From positions 1 through 46,124 of the IMG/VR virus record IMGVR_UViG_3300048577_000585: a stretch of DNA of 46,124 bases. The stretch is one strand, 5' to 3'. Position 1 is the first letter of the stretch. Each line of letters opens with the position of its first letter. The notes beneath the pieces are model-generated. The model made no database searches. It was not told the DNA's origin and saw nothing but the letters and a program-made list of their open reading frames with translations. Of this stretch, positions 35,801 through 44,992 are shown in pieces. Both the position numbers and the translations under genes were made by a program. The DNA comes from a virus. Lineage: Duplodnaviria; Caudoviricetes.

Positions 35801-38800
35801 GCGCAGGTTCTTCAGCAGAACAAAACGCCGCTGTCTCTGGCGCTCCGGCAGCTGATACAGGAGCCGTCCGGGACGGAACTGTATCTGATAGAAGCGATTC
35901 AGGAAGCGTTGAACCTGCGGGTAGAACAGACAATAAACCTGGAAGCCGCCCTGACAACGCAAAATCTCCTGGTGCCGCTGTCCGTGGAGTTAAGCCCGGA
36001 ACAGGCATACAACCTACTGACATCGACGCAGGACGTGGAGGTAACGGACGAGTACCTTCTGTCATTAATACAACAGGAACCCAGCAGGGAAGCGAAGCTG
36101 TTACTTCTTCTGCAGGAAGTGCAGTCGAATCTGCAGGACAACGGATTCAACTTGACGCCAAGCAGCCCGGAAGCCAGAGAATAGCCGACACTCAAAAACT
36201 GATTGAAAACGCCGATAACGTATATTCCGAATACGCGCCGAAAAAGCTGTCTGTAAAGGGTGCCAAAGCGCATCCTGCAAAGCTGGTCGAGAGCGCGGCA
36301 ATGGCCGCCGTCGATCCACCTGATATTACCTATACGCCGAACCTCCCGCAGAGCCTTATTTCAAGCGGAGCTCTCTCGATAGCTCAGATTGAAAATATCG
36401 TTTATGCGGGGCAAAGCCATGCTCAGATGCTGAAAAACGGCACACGCCGCGGGTATTTCATCGGCGACGGCACCGGCGTCGGAAAAGGGCGCCAGATTGC
36501 CGGTATAATTCTGGACAACATGCGGCAGGGGCGGACAAAAGCCGTCTGGATAAGCAAAAATAATAGCCTGACAGAGGATGCCCGGCGTGACTGGTTGGAC
36601 ATTGGCGGCAAAAAGGACGATATCGTTGAGCTGGGCAAAGTGAAGCTCAACCAGAAGATATCCGCCGAGCGTGGCATTTTGTTCTCCACCTTCGGCACAA
36701 TCAAGACCGAGAAAGCCGACGGCTCCAGAATCAAACAGATTGAGGAATGGCTCGGGAAAGACTTCGACGGCGTGATTGTCTTTGACGAAGCTCACAACAT
36801 GGCAAACTCGATTGCATCCGAGGGTAAGCGGGGCAAGCAGAAGGCGGCGCAGATGGCTCTGGCCGGTATCAAGCTGCAGGAGGCTTTCCCTCAAGCCCGA
36901 ATCGTGTACGCGTCCGCAACGGGCGCGACGAAAATATCCGACTATGCATACCTGACCCGGCTCGGTCTGTGGGGCGAGGGGACAGCTTTCAACAGCGTCA
37001 ACGACTTCATCGAAAAAATCAGCGCCGGCGGCCTGGCCGCTATGGAACTGGTGGCGCGGGACATGAAGGCAATGGGCGTTTACATGGCCCGGAGCATTTC
37101 ATATGACGATGTTTCGTATGATACCATCACGCACGCGCTGACGCCGGTGCAGAATGAGATCTATAACACGATGTCCCGGGCGTGGCAGAAGGTTCTACAG
37201 AATATCAACAGCGTGCTGGAAACAACCAATGCCAACAAGAACAGCATGGCGAAATCGTTCGCCAGAAGTCAATTCTACGGAGCAATGCAGCGGTTCTATA
37301 ACCAGATCATCACGTCGATGTCCATGCCCTCCGTTATTTCTGATATTAAGAAGGAACTGGACAAAGGTAATTCAATCGTTATTCAGCTCGTCAACACGAA
37401 CCAAGCAGCCATGGAGCGTCGTATTGACGAGATGGATGAAAACCAAAGCCTTGACGATATTGACCTGACGCCTTCCGACACTTTGAAGCAGTATCTTGAA
37501 AAGAGCTTCCCGATTTATGAGTATGAGGAATACCAGGACGAAAAAGGCAATACACTGTCCAGACTCGTCACTGACGGAGAGGGTAAGCCGGTGATAAGCC
37601 GGGAGGCTGTGCGGATCCGCGATGAACTTGTCGCCGAACTTGACCAAATGAAAGTACCCGACGGCCCCCTGGAATTGCTCATTGATACATTCGGGGCCGA
37701 CCAGGTTGCTGAAGTCACAGGCCGGACGCGCCGCATCGTCCAGAAAAAGGACGATGACGGACAGATGCGCCGCGTCATCGAGCCGCGCACAACGCACATG
37801 GCCCTTGCCGACGCGCAGTTGTTCCAGGACGGTAAGAAGCGAATCCTTGTATTCTCCGACGCTGGCGGTACCGGCAAGAGCTACCACGCTGACCGCCGGG
37901 CGAAGAATCAGCAGAAGCGCATACATTACCTCCTACAGCCGGGTTGGAACGCCTCCAGCGCCACACAGGGCTTTGGCCGGACGCACAGGAGCAACCAAGT
38001 GTCAGCGCCGACATTCCGTCTTGTCACAACGGACATCATGGGGCAGAAGCGTTTTACATCGACTATCGCACGCAGGCTTGACCAACTCGGCGCGTTGACA
38101 AAGGGCCAGAGGCAAGCCGGTAGCGGCGTGTTTTCGCAGAAGGACAATCTCGAAAGCGATATCGCAAAGGACGCGCTGGCAAAGTACTATCGGAGTGTCC
38201 CGGTGGATTCGCTCATTAAGATGGGTCTTTACGACAAAATGTACGACCAGTACGGCATATGGAAGCCCGACGAAAACACCATCCGAGATATGGGCCTGTT
38301 CCTCAATCGTATCCTTTCGCTGGAAATTGACGAGCAGAACAGTATTTTCAACGGCTTTTTCACGGCGTTTGAAACGTCGCTTGACCGGGCAATCGAAGCG
38401 GGTACCGTCGACATGGGGCTTGAGAATGTCGTTGCCGATAAAATTGAAGTCAAGGACGAACTAACCGTCCGCAAGTATGACGGCGGTGCCGAAACGAAAT
38501 ATGTGCAGATGACCGCCTTCCGCAAGCCGCAGATTATGTCATATAAGCAAATTGAGGACTACCTTCCGAATTTCAAAGGGTTAGTAAGGATGGAAAGCGG
38601 CGAGGTCCGAGCCGTCTACCAGATGGCCAACAAAACCGAAAATACAGGCGAGATAGTCGAGCAATACCGGCTTCAGTCGCCGGTGCTGACAACAAAATCG
38701 GTGTATGTGAAGAAGACGCTGGACGAGAAAACCACTCCGATCCCGAAAAAAGAGTGGATGTCTGCATGGAACGAGCAGACCGCAAAGGCGCCGGAATTCA

Positions 38801-41800
38801 CGGAGCAGACGCTTCACCTTCTGACCGGCACGCTCCTTCCTATATGGAACCGGCTGCCGACAGAAAACACCCGGGTAATGCGCGTCATCACCAGCGACGG
38901 GCGGCAGTATCTTGGCCGCCTCATCAAAAACGATCAGATTGACAGCGTTCTCAAGGTGTTCGGAGTGGGCCGGACGAAGGAAGTGTATACGCCGGAGGAT
39001 GTCCACGCCAAGATTCTCGGCGATGGGTATGAAGCGGTGCTTGAAGCCGATAAGCAGAAGCTTGTCCGGCGGCGCGTCAGCGGAGAAAACCGCATTGAGA
39101 TTGTCGGTAATAACATATGGTTTTATGCCCGTTTCCCTGGGGTTATATCTGAAAAGATCAACTATACATTCCGATATTTTATCCCGACCAACAGCCAGGG
39201 CGTCCAGATCATTAAGCGGATCATGGACAACAACCCGATTGTCGAGTTGGTTAAGGGGACTCGGGCCGACGATGAGGATGGTGTCCGGGCAAAAATATTA
39301 CCGGCAGCCGCGCAAAACGCGACGCCGGTTAAGCTCAAGGAGTATTCAGAACATCAAAAAACAAATTGGCAAGGAAGCAAGAAGATCATCCTTTACGAAA
39401 ACCGCGCACAGTTAGAGGACTTCATAGAAACAGCCATTTCAGATGGTAGTTATCAAAGAAAGATGTATTTCGGCATGATACCAGATGCGCTGTCTATGCG
39501 GGTTAAGTCGGAAACTGGTATCGATATTTCGGAATACAACTTGGTACTGCGGGCAGATGAAATCAGGAAGATACTCCGCGACCATGGCGACGAATTAAAA
39601 GAAGCGAAACACGGACAGAGAGCGATCAACCGCGATGATTTTATCTCCATCCCGGAGATTGTTGTCAACCCTGACAGTATCGAGTTGTCCAACAAACTAT
39701 ACGATGGAAAACCGACGCTTCTTTTCAAGAAGGTGCTAAACGGTAAGACCGTGGCGGTGGCACACGCATCTATTCAAACGCACGACTTGACGGTTCAAAC
39801 AATGTATGCAGGTAAGAATAAAGGAAGCCTTGCTACTACGCCAAGTGGGGTTTCCCCCTTCTCGCATACGCCCGAAGCGCTTAGTAGTACAGCTTCCAAC
39901 GAAAATGTATCACAATCCGGTGATGGTGTCAAGTACGCCCTAACATCCTCCGAATGGGACGTCCCGCAAAACACTACGCCGGCCGCCGTCCGAAACGTCA
40001 TGAGCCTTGCGAACATGATAAATAAGATCAGGCACGACTTCGGGATATCCATAACAACCGGCAATATCCGTAAACAGGGTGCCGCCGGTGTGTATCTGGA
40101 GAAGCCCGGCACGATCAGGACGCGCATTGCCAACGACCTGTTGACCGTGACACATGAACTGGGACATCATTTTGATGAGTTGTACGGTCTGTCCGATGCG
40201 TCAGACGCGGTTCTGACGGAGATAACCGGCAATCTGCCGCAGGATACAAAGGACCGGTATACGGACGAGCAGCTACCCGGTGAAGGTGTTGCCGAGTTTG
40301 TCAGCCGGTATCTGAGCGACAAAGCGAAGGCCGAGGAAGATTATCCACTGTTTTATCCGTGGTTTACGCAGAAGCTGTTGAACGAGGAATTGATGCTCCT
40401 TGATGGGTTGGCAGACGAGGTTAACAATTACCTGTCCGCAGATCTCTCGGCACGGTCCAGCGCCGCGGTCAACATGCCGGGTGACACTCGCGATTTCCGT
40501 ACGCTCGGCGAAAAAGCGGGTGAAAAGGCAGACGCGGTATATCAAGCCAACGTTGACAGCAACCACGGCATTAAACGGTTCGCCGACTTCGCGGACGATC
40601 AGAACGTGTACAGGGTCGCCACAAACGCCGCATATGCTGACAGCGTGGCCAGCGCCAATATCATGTACAACCTGACCGACATCAACGGCAAAAAGGTTGG
40701 ACTCGGGCTGAAGCAAGCCCTTCAGGGTATCAACGTCCGCAACAGGCAGGAGTTCCGCGACTTCAATGAATACTTAAAAGTGAAGCACGGCCCGGAGCGT
40801 CTCAAAGAAGGATTAATGGTATCCTCCGACCCGATGTTGAATAAAGCCGACTTCATGAACTTCCGCGCGAAGGAGTTGGAGCATAAATACCCTAAATTCG
40901 CAGAAGCGGCGCAGCGCGTCTACACGTTCAATCAACAGCTCCTACAGACATGGGCGGTTGACACCGGCTTGATAGCTCCTGAGACGGCGCAGAAGTGGTT
41001 CGAGCGGTGGCAGTATTATGTACCATTCAACCGCGTTATGGACGACGACAGCGCGGGACCGAGCGTGAAGCGCGGGTTTGCGAACCAGCGGAGCCCGTTC
41101 AAGAAAGCGGTCGGCAGCGGTAGAGATATCATAGCCCCGATCGAAAGCATTGCCAGGAACGCGACGAAGCTCATCCAGGCGGCGATCAAAAACAATGTCA
41201 TGGTGGAAGTGACAACACTGGCCGATAAAAACAACGGCTCCGGCGCCTTTCTTGAAAAGGTACCGGCCCCGTTGACCGTGACGAAGTATAACGCCGTCGA
41301 ATTGAAAAAGAAGCTCAAAGTTGAACTGATGGAAGGGCTGCCGGATGAAGCGGTCGACGCAGCATTTGAGATTGTGAACAGCACCGTTGATGACATCCTC
41401 ATCCAGTATGGCCGGGGCAAGGCGTTCGGTGACACTGTAACGGTCATGAAGGATGGCAAACCGCAGTTCTGGCAGATCAACGACGCCATGATGCTCGAAT
41501 CCGTAACGAGCATGACCCCGGCGCGTATGCCGGCCTTCATCGAGGCTTACGGACGGATTACCCGGTTTATCACAAGCAACATCACAGGGAATAACATACT
41601 CTGGTCGATTTTCTCCAACCTTCCCCGCGATATTGCGACCTTCTGGAACTACTCCGAGAATAAGAACCCCATAACTATACTCGGAAATATCGCCAGTGGG
41701 TATGCCAACAATCTGAAAGCCTATACCGGGAAAGGCCGCATAGATCCGTACTACCTGGAGTATATGGCCATGGGCGGCGGGAGCAGCAACTCACTTCTGA

Positions 41801-43371
41801 CAGCCGACCGCGACAACGCGGCCCGAGCCATGGACCGACTGTTTGCGTACAATTCGGCGAAGTACCTGAATCCGCTGGAGTGGGTGGAGGCGTTCTCCAA
41901 CGCCATTGAGGGCGGCCCCCGGTTTGCTTATTACCGCATGCGGCGAATGGCCGGGAAAACCACGTCGGAAGCATTCTATGATGCGATGGAGATCACGACG
42001 AATTTCAAGCGCCACGGTACACAATCTCAGCAGATCAATAAAATTGTGCCGTTCTACAACGCCAGCGTCCAGGGCCTTGACCGGTTCGCCCGGTGGGTTA
42101 CAGCTTCCGACGCGCCGAAGGATATGCGCGGCAAGGTCATAGCAAAACGGTGGAGCGTTTATATCGCGTCCGGGTTGTTTATGGCACTCGCTCAGGTTCT
42201 GGCGGCCAGACGGCGGGACGAGGAAGGTTATGAGCAGCTCTCCGCATATGTGAAGAACAATTATCTCAACATTCCTCTCGGTAACGGCAAGTTCTTCTCT
42301 ATCCCGAAACCCCGGGAGCTGGGCGCTTTAAGCACTACCTTTGAGCGCATCCTCGAACAATACATGCTCGGCAATGATAAGGCATTCAACAACTACGATG
42401 AGTATATTACATCACAATTCCTGCCGCCGGTCATGTCCGGTGTGGCAAAAGCCGGTGTCGGGGCTGTGTCGGGCGATAGCGAAAAGATCATGCAGGGCGG
42501 CAGTGAGGCGCTTGGCGATTTCGGACTTGCGGGTACGCTGGTGGCCATGCTTGCCAATCGTGACTTCCGGGGCAATCCTATCGTCTCAAAAGGCATGATG
42601 ATGCTGGAGCCCAGGGCGCAGTTCAACAACCGGACTAGCAAGATTGCCATTGCCGTGGGGAACGCAACTAACATGAGCCCGCTTATGATCGACTATTTCT
42701 TAACCAGCACGCTCGGCGGCTTCTGGAAGGTGGTCAAATCACTCTGGCCCGAAAATAAAAGCGAGCGCGATTTAACGCTCGGCATAGAGGCGTCGTACAT
42801 AAAAGACAGCCGGTATTCGACCGATATCGTGAACGACTTCTACGACCAGCGGGATAAGGCTGACAAGTTCCATGCGACGTATTCCGAGAACGCCGAGTAT
42901 AAGATCGCAGCCAACGATTACGACGACATGGCGACATTCTACAGCCGCTACAACGCGTTGGCAAAGAGCAGCGCGGACACGCTCGAAAACCTGCAGACCC
43001 GGCAGATGGTCATTGAGATGCTTGAACAGTTCGTTAACGAGCAGGAGAGCGGTCAAAGGACCACAGCCAAAAAGGCGCTGGACGAGTTGGCGGCTTCCGT
43101 GATGAGCACGACATTCTATCCCCAGGTTATGCCGCAGCAGCTTACCATAGGCGAAGGGGGCAAAAAGGAAACCCATCAGCTGACGGCTGCACAGTATGTT
43201 GAGTATCAGACTGTTTATCTGGACTATTACTGGCAAGAAGTCACGCAGCGACTCAACCGGAACTACCGGACAGATGAGGAAAAAGCAAAGGCTGTTACCG
43301 CCGGGAAGGCGACGGCGGCCGAGTTGGCGAAGCGATATATGGCGAAGAAACTCGGTGTCCGATATTTCTAA
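32806..43371 (+). CDS. 3521-aa polyvalent (DarB-like) protein: N6A-MTase, strawberry-notch SF2 helicase, PBECR-like RNase, HExxH metallopeptidase, LPD38-like C-terminus
   Basis: LEPSAGIG (~35230) and NPPF (~35425); GDGTGVGKGR (~36462), DEAH, YASAT, QGFGRTHRSNQ; HGDELKEAKHGQRAI..IPEIVVNPD (~39580-39680); HELGH (40153); IPKPRELG (~42300). Confidence 0.88.
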   Translation: MAKSFAQWKAEQNKNRQQTSVTQREQPKSFASWAQKNRGIQSTPDFAARPVKPFTPPEWMTTRMDAAADPAVLEAQRTLAADRAAFKPQNATDIGFYNRPTEGYVNTLRSDLDELRRQRQDMGGPLMPDASQMDAYSDLTFKIDALQDNLDMYGTDLYNTNRAATMRSIESAAGSGTFDGKSITDTRGIYGIAKYLTDAEYKAETDKALMDNAKRRGTAGTGLWEVPSVFGDAADMQRYGEASTMTNQEKETLLYYLSIGDDETAQQYYDAIQRDLQKRYAGEQSDFTQDFTKEHPVTGTLMNITASLGQGAGFVSNTAQNLKNQLGSGEYEPINLYNMANAPTRMVNDTTEALTEDIKSPFGKLLAQTGLSIGQFAATLPFGSTGALAIMGTASANQYAYDALERGVPAHEAMAGATAAGVIEVLTEKIPLDELFKIADVTTFAQALKAVGKQAGMEGIEEIVNSYANSISDQIITGEKSQFNQLVASYQADGMTRDEAYRKAMLDTYVMQPLQAGFGGFLSGGFIGGGMTALNFAPQPKTRVDLATELANRHPDAEPDFAAMVEAAVQPTEPLPVQPAEAQPPEPIQPPTVPDSSYIEKAQVDIFRKAGQSMVPLSSIVQQDEEVTDAQMTAYDEGMAEAVKKMQAENAAKKPTESKPVVEKVEAPIEIPAQKVDNGTVSKPVHEQIANSVYKYVSEGQTFTAERLFEIADKAYGGTMAAGKYTVKDAYDAVELAVNKWLEKYAKSMNGDKVTARSAIPAFEKLLAALPTQTKRTAEMEEYQQFSTPPNIAYLAAWAAGITSNDTVLEPSAGIGGLAVFPKAWGAKVYANELSPRRLEFLKSMGFTGTFNFNAEQIDNLLPDDVKPSVVLMNPPFSSAAGRMTTKATANAKRHIEQALNRLEPNGRLVAIVGRGMADDSPSFSSWWNDLKQKYNIRANVRIDGKNYKKYGTNFDIQLVVIDKTGATEKTITGEYTDLTQIPTVLEGIRNDRARAENSAGSSAEQNAAVSGAPAADTGAVRDGTVSDRSDSGSVEPAGRTDNKPGSRPDNAKSPGAAVRGVKPGTGIQPTDIDAGRGGNGRVPSVINTTGTQQGSEAVTSSAGSAVESAGQRIQLDAKQPGSQRIADTQKLIENADNVYSEYAPKKLSVKGAKAHPAKLVESAAMAAVDPPDITYTPNLPQSLISSGALSIAQIENIVYAGQSHAQMLKNGTRRGYFIGDGTGVGKGRQIAGIILDNMRQGRTKAVWISKNNSLTEDARRDWLDIGGKKDDIVELGKVKLNQKISAERGILFSTFGTIKTEKADGSRIKQIEEWLGKDFDGVIVFDEAHNMANSIASEGKRGKQKAAQMALAGIKLQEAFPQARIVYASATGATKISDYAYLTRLGLWGEGTAFNSVNDFIEKISAGGLAAMELVARDMKAMGVYMARSISYDDVSYDTITHALTPVQNEIYNTMSRAWQKVLQNINSVLETTNANKNSMAKSFARSQFYGAMQRFYNQIITSMSMPSVISDIKKELDKGNSIVIQLVNTNQAAMERRIDEMDENQSLDDIDLTPSDTLKQYLEKSFPIYEYEEYQDEKGNTLSRLVTDGEGKPVISREAVRIRDELVAELDQMKVPDGPLELLIDTFGADQVAEVTGRTRRIVQKKDDDGQMRRVIEPRTTHMALADAQLFQDGKKRILVFSDAGGTGKSYHADRRAKNQQKRIHYLLQPGWNASSATQGFGRTHRSNQVSAPTFRLVTTDIMGQKRFTSTIARRLDQLGALTKGQRQAGSGVFSQKDNLESDIAKDALAKYYRSVPVDSLIKMGLYDKMYDQYGIWKPDENTIRDMGLFLNRILSLEIDEQNSIFNGFFTAFETSLDRAIEAGTVDMGLENVVADKIEVKDELTVRKYDGGAETKYVQMTAFRKPQIMSYKQIEDYLPNFKGLVRMESGEVRAVYQMANKTENTGEIVEQYRLQSPVLTTKSVYVKKTLDEKTTPIPKKEWMSAWNEQTAKAPEFTEQTLHLLTGTLLPIWNRLPTENTRVMRVITSDGRQYLGRLIKNDQIDSVLKVFGVGRTKEVYTPEDVHAKILGDGYEAVLEADKQKLVRRRVSGENRIEIVGNNIWFYARFPGVISEKINYTFRYFIPTNSQGVQIIKRIMDNNPIVELVKGTRADDEDGVRAKILPAAAQNATPVKLKEYSEHQKTNWQGSKKIILYENRAQLEDFIETAISDGSYQRKMYFGMIPDALSMRVKSETGIDISEYNLVLRADEIRKILRDHGDELKEAKHGQRAINRDDFISIPEIVVNPDSIELSNKLYDGKPTLLFKKVLNGKTVAVAHASIQTHDLTVQTMYAGKNKGSLATTPSGVSPFSHTPEALSSTASNENVSQSGDGVKYALTSSEWDVPQNTTPAAVRNVMSLANMINKIRHDFGISITTGNIRKQGAAGVYLEKPGTIRTRIANDLLTVTHELGHHFDELYGLSDASDAVLTEITGNLPQDTKDRYTDEQLPGEGVAEFVSRYLSDKAKAEEDYPLFYPWFTQKLLNEELMLLDGLADEVNNYLSADLSARSSAAVNMPGDTRDFRTLGEKAGEKADAVYQANVDSNHGIKRFADFADDQNVYRVATNAAYADSVASANIMYNLTDINGKKVGLGLKQALQGINVRNRQEFRDFNEYLKVKHGPERLKEGLMVSSDPMLNKADFMNFRAKELEHKYPKFAEAAQRVYTFNQQLLQTWAVDTGLIAPETAQKWFERWQYYVPFNRVMDDDSAGPSVKRGFANQRSPFKKAVGSGRDIIAPIESIARNATKLIQAAIKNNVMVEVTTLADKNNGSGAFLEKVPAPLTVTKYNAVELKKKLKVELMEGLPDEAVDAAFEIVNSTVDDILIQYGRGKAFGDTVTVMKDGKPQFWQINDAMMLESVTSMTPARMPAFIEAYGRITRFITSNITGNNILWSIFSNLPRDIATFWNYSENKNPITILGNIASGYANNLKAYTGKGRIDPYYLEYMAMGGGSSNSLLTADRDNAARAMDRLFAYNSAKYLNPLEWVEAFSNAIEGGPRFAYYRMRRMAGKTTSEAFYDAMEITTNFKRHGTQSQQINKIVPFYNASVQGLDRFARWVTASDAPKDMRGKVIAKRWSVYIASGLFMALAQVLAARRRDEEGYEQLSAYVKNNYLNIPLGNGKFFSIPKPRELGALSTTFERILEQYMLGNDKAFNNYDEYITSQFLPPVMSGVAKAGVGAVSGDSEKIMQGGSEALGDFGLAGTLVAMLANRDFRGNPIVSKGMMMLEPRAQFNNRTSKIAIAVGNATNMSPLMIDYFLTSTLGGFWKVVKSLWPENKSERDLTLGIEASYIKDSRYSTDIVNDFYDQRDKADKFHATYSENAEYKIAANDYDDMATFYSRYNALAKSSADTLENLQTRQMVIEMLEQFVNEQESGQRTTAKKALDELAASVMSTTFYPQVMPQQLTIGEGGKKETHQLTAAQYVEYQTVYLDYYWQEVTQRLNRNYRTDEEKAKAVTAGKATAAELAKRYMAKKLGVRYF
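35777..36184 (+). CDS. Overprinted 135-aa gene in the +1 frame of the giant ORF
   Basis: GGAGG at 35763-35767 and ATG 35777; L/E/Q-rich helical sequence while the host frame here is a low-complexity G/A/S/R/T linker. Confidence 0.65.
   Translation: MIGQEQKIAQVLQQNKTPLSLALRQLIQEPSGTELYLIEAIQEALNLRVEQTINLEAALTTQNLLVPLSVELSPEQAYNLLTSTQDVEVTDEYLLSLIQQEPSREAKLLLLLQEVQSNLQDNGFNLTPSSPEARE
39814..39897 (-). ncRNA. Putative antisense sRNA of about 85 nt embedded just after the PBECR-like domain
   Basis: Minus-strand TTGACA(39932-39927)-17-TGnTACATT(39909-39904); closing stems GGAAGC/GCTTCC and CTACTA/TAGTAG; followed by TTTATTCTT. Confidence 0.6.
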
Positions 43372-43373
43372 TA

Positions 43374-43420
43374 AAAATGGGGTTGCATTTGATGCAATCC
43401 CATTTTTTGCGTGATAAGGT
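43374..43420 (+). promoter_or_regulatory. Terminator of the giant gene overlapping late promoter 3 (lysis operon)
   Basis: Hairpin AAAATGGGGTTGCAT/ATGCAATCCCATTTT with T-tract; ATTTGATGCA-N14-GTGATAAGGT at 43387-43420. Confidence 0.72.
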
Positions 43421-43450
43421 GAAGTTATAAGACGGAAGCAGGTGGACGAT

Positions 43451-43798
43451 ATGTGGGAAAAAATCATCTTAACTGTTGTTGGTGTTGTCGCTGGTGCTAT
43501 TGTGGCCGCAGCAGTCGCAAAAATTAAAGCGACGGCGAAAGGTCGCAGTATTAAAGCAATCAAGAGCCAAATCGCTGACATCGAAAAGTGGCGCGAATTT
43601 GCCCAAGAGGATATCGACTGCAGCACCGAAGAGCGCCGTATTGTCCTCCGCGCACTTCTGGCGGCGTTATACGGATTGAGAGAACAGGGCTGCAACGGCC
43701 CGGTCAACAAAGGAATTGAGATGCTTGAACAGTATCTGGACACGCAAGCGCACAAGAATAGATCGTACATAAAGGAAATGAAGGAGGAAGTATCATGA
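43451..43798 (+). CDS. Holin/antiholin-like membrane protein
   Basis: N-terminal TM segment, coiled coil, GCNGPV motif; first gene of the lysis cassette. Confidence 0.65.
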   Translation: MWEKIILTVVGVVAGAIVAAAVAKIKATAKGRSIKAIKSQIADIEKWREFAQEDIDCSTEERRIVLRALLAALYGLREQGCNGPVNKGIEMLEQYLDTQAHKNRSYIKEMKEEVS

Positions 43799-44187
43799 AT
43801 TGGTCCGAAATGCTTGACCTTATCGCTCCGTATGTTGTACCGGCAACGGTTACGGCTGTCGGCGCTTTGCTGGCGGCACTGTGGAGCTGGGTGAGGTCGA
43901 AAACGAAGAATGCCAAACTGGATAAGTACATTGACCGGGCGAACGACGCCATTTTGACGGCGGTTGCCGAGACGATGCAGACGTTCGTCACGACAATGAA
44001 GAACAACGGCACCTGGGATGCGGATGCTGCAGCGAAAGCTTTCGAAATGTCCATGATAAGGGCGAAGGAAATTATGGGTGCTGCAGCTCTCCAGGCGCTG
44101 CCGGAGGTCATTGGTGACGTTGAGAAGTGGTTGACGGCCAAGATCGAGGCGGCGACGCTCACCACGAAGGCGGCGATTGCCGCATGA
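43795..44187 (+). CDS. Holin (LL-H-like)
   Basis: One N-terminal TM segment, AVAETMQTFV, KIEAA; upstream of the endolysin. Confidence 0.7.
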   Translation: MNWSEMLDLIAPYVVPATVTAVGALLAALWSWVRSKTKNAKLDKYIDRANDAILTAVAETMQTFVTTMKNNGTWDADAAAKAFEMSMIRAKEIMGAAALQALPEVIGDVEKWLTAKIEAATLTTKAAIAA

Positions 44188-44939
44188 TTATCGACAAGAG
44201 CCTGCCGACCGACCGGAGCAACTACTCCAAGTCCTCCGGGCGAAAGGTCAAATACATCGTTATCCACTACACCGGAGGCACCGGTACAGCCAAGGCGAAC
44301 GCGATGTACTATCAGGGCAAGAACCGGAACGCTTCCGCACATTTCTTTGTCGGCCATGCTTCTGAGGGCGCCAAAATCTATCAAACTGTCAATCCCGCTG
44401 ATGTCGCATGGCATTGCGGTACCACGGGCCGGTATTATAGTGATTGTCGGAACGCGACGAGCATCGGCATTGAAACGTGCTGCCACAACGATACGGCCAA
44501 CAAATCCGCAGCGTCAAAAGATTGGTATTTCGACGCCGAGACGGTTGACGCGCTGGTGGAACTGACCAAGGCGCTCATGGCCGAATACAATGTGCCGGTG
44601 GAGAATGTCATCCGCCACTACGATGTGACACATAAGGTCTGTCCGGCTCCTTGGGTGCATAACGAAGCTGCCTGGTTGTCCTTTAAGGCCCGGTTGGCCG
44701 GCGAAGCGACAATGCCGAAGCCGGTCGCGCAGATCCCGCCGACGGTCAAATTCGGCAGCCGCGGGGAACATATCAGAGCGCTTCAGAAGCTGCTTAATAA
44801 ACAGGGCTTCGACAGTGGAATCGTTGATGGCGTGTTCGGCAACACGACACTCGCCGCCGTAAAAACGTTCCAGTCAGTAAAGGGGCTCGTCGTAGACGGC
44901 ATCGTCGGCCCGGCAACCTGGAAGGTGCTGCTGGCGTAA
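44184..44939 (+). CDS. Endolysin: N-acetylmuramoyl-L-alanine amidase (Amidase_2) with PG-binding domain
   Basis: YIVIHYT, ASAHFFV, AWHCG, SIGIE, RHYDVTHKVCP; DGVFG..T..AVKTFQ..GLVVDGIVGPATW. Confidence 0.93.
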   Translation: MIIDKSLPTDRSNYSKSSGRKVKYIVIHYTGGTGTAKANAMYYQGKNRNASAHFFVGHASEGAKIYQTVNPADVAWHCGTTGRYYSDCRNATSIGIETCCHNDTANKSAASKDWYFDAETVDALVELTKALMAEYNVPVENVIRHYDVTHKVCPAPWVHNEAAWLSFKARLAGEATMPKPVAQIPPTVKFGSRGEHIRALQKLLNKQGFDSGIVDGVFGNTTLAAVKTFQSVKGLVVDGIVGPATWKVLLA

Positions 44940-44951
44940 AGACAATACACA

Positions 44952-44980
44952 AACGCCCGGGGATTATGTCCCTGGGCGTT
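44952..44980. terminator. Terminator between the endolysin and convergent morons
   Basis: AACGCCCGGGGA-TTATG-TCCCTGGGCGTT. Confidence 0.75.
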
Positions 44981-44992
44981 ATGCTCATGCAC

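Noticed and set aside
32806-43371. Tape-measure protein or virion RNA polymerase
   Set aside because: Enzyme motifs are MTase, helicase and peptidase; no tail-tube or tail-chaperone genes and no RNA polymerase motifs recognised.
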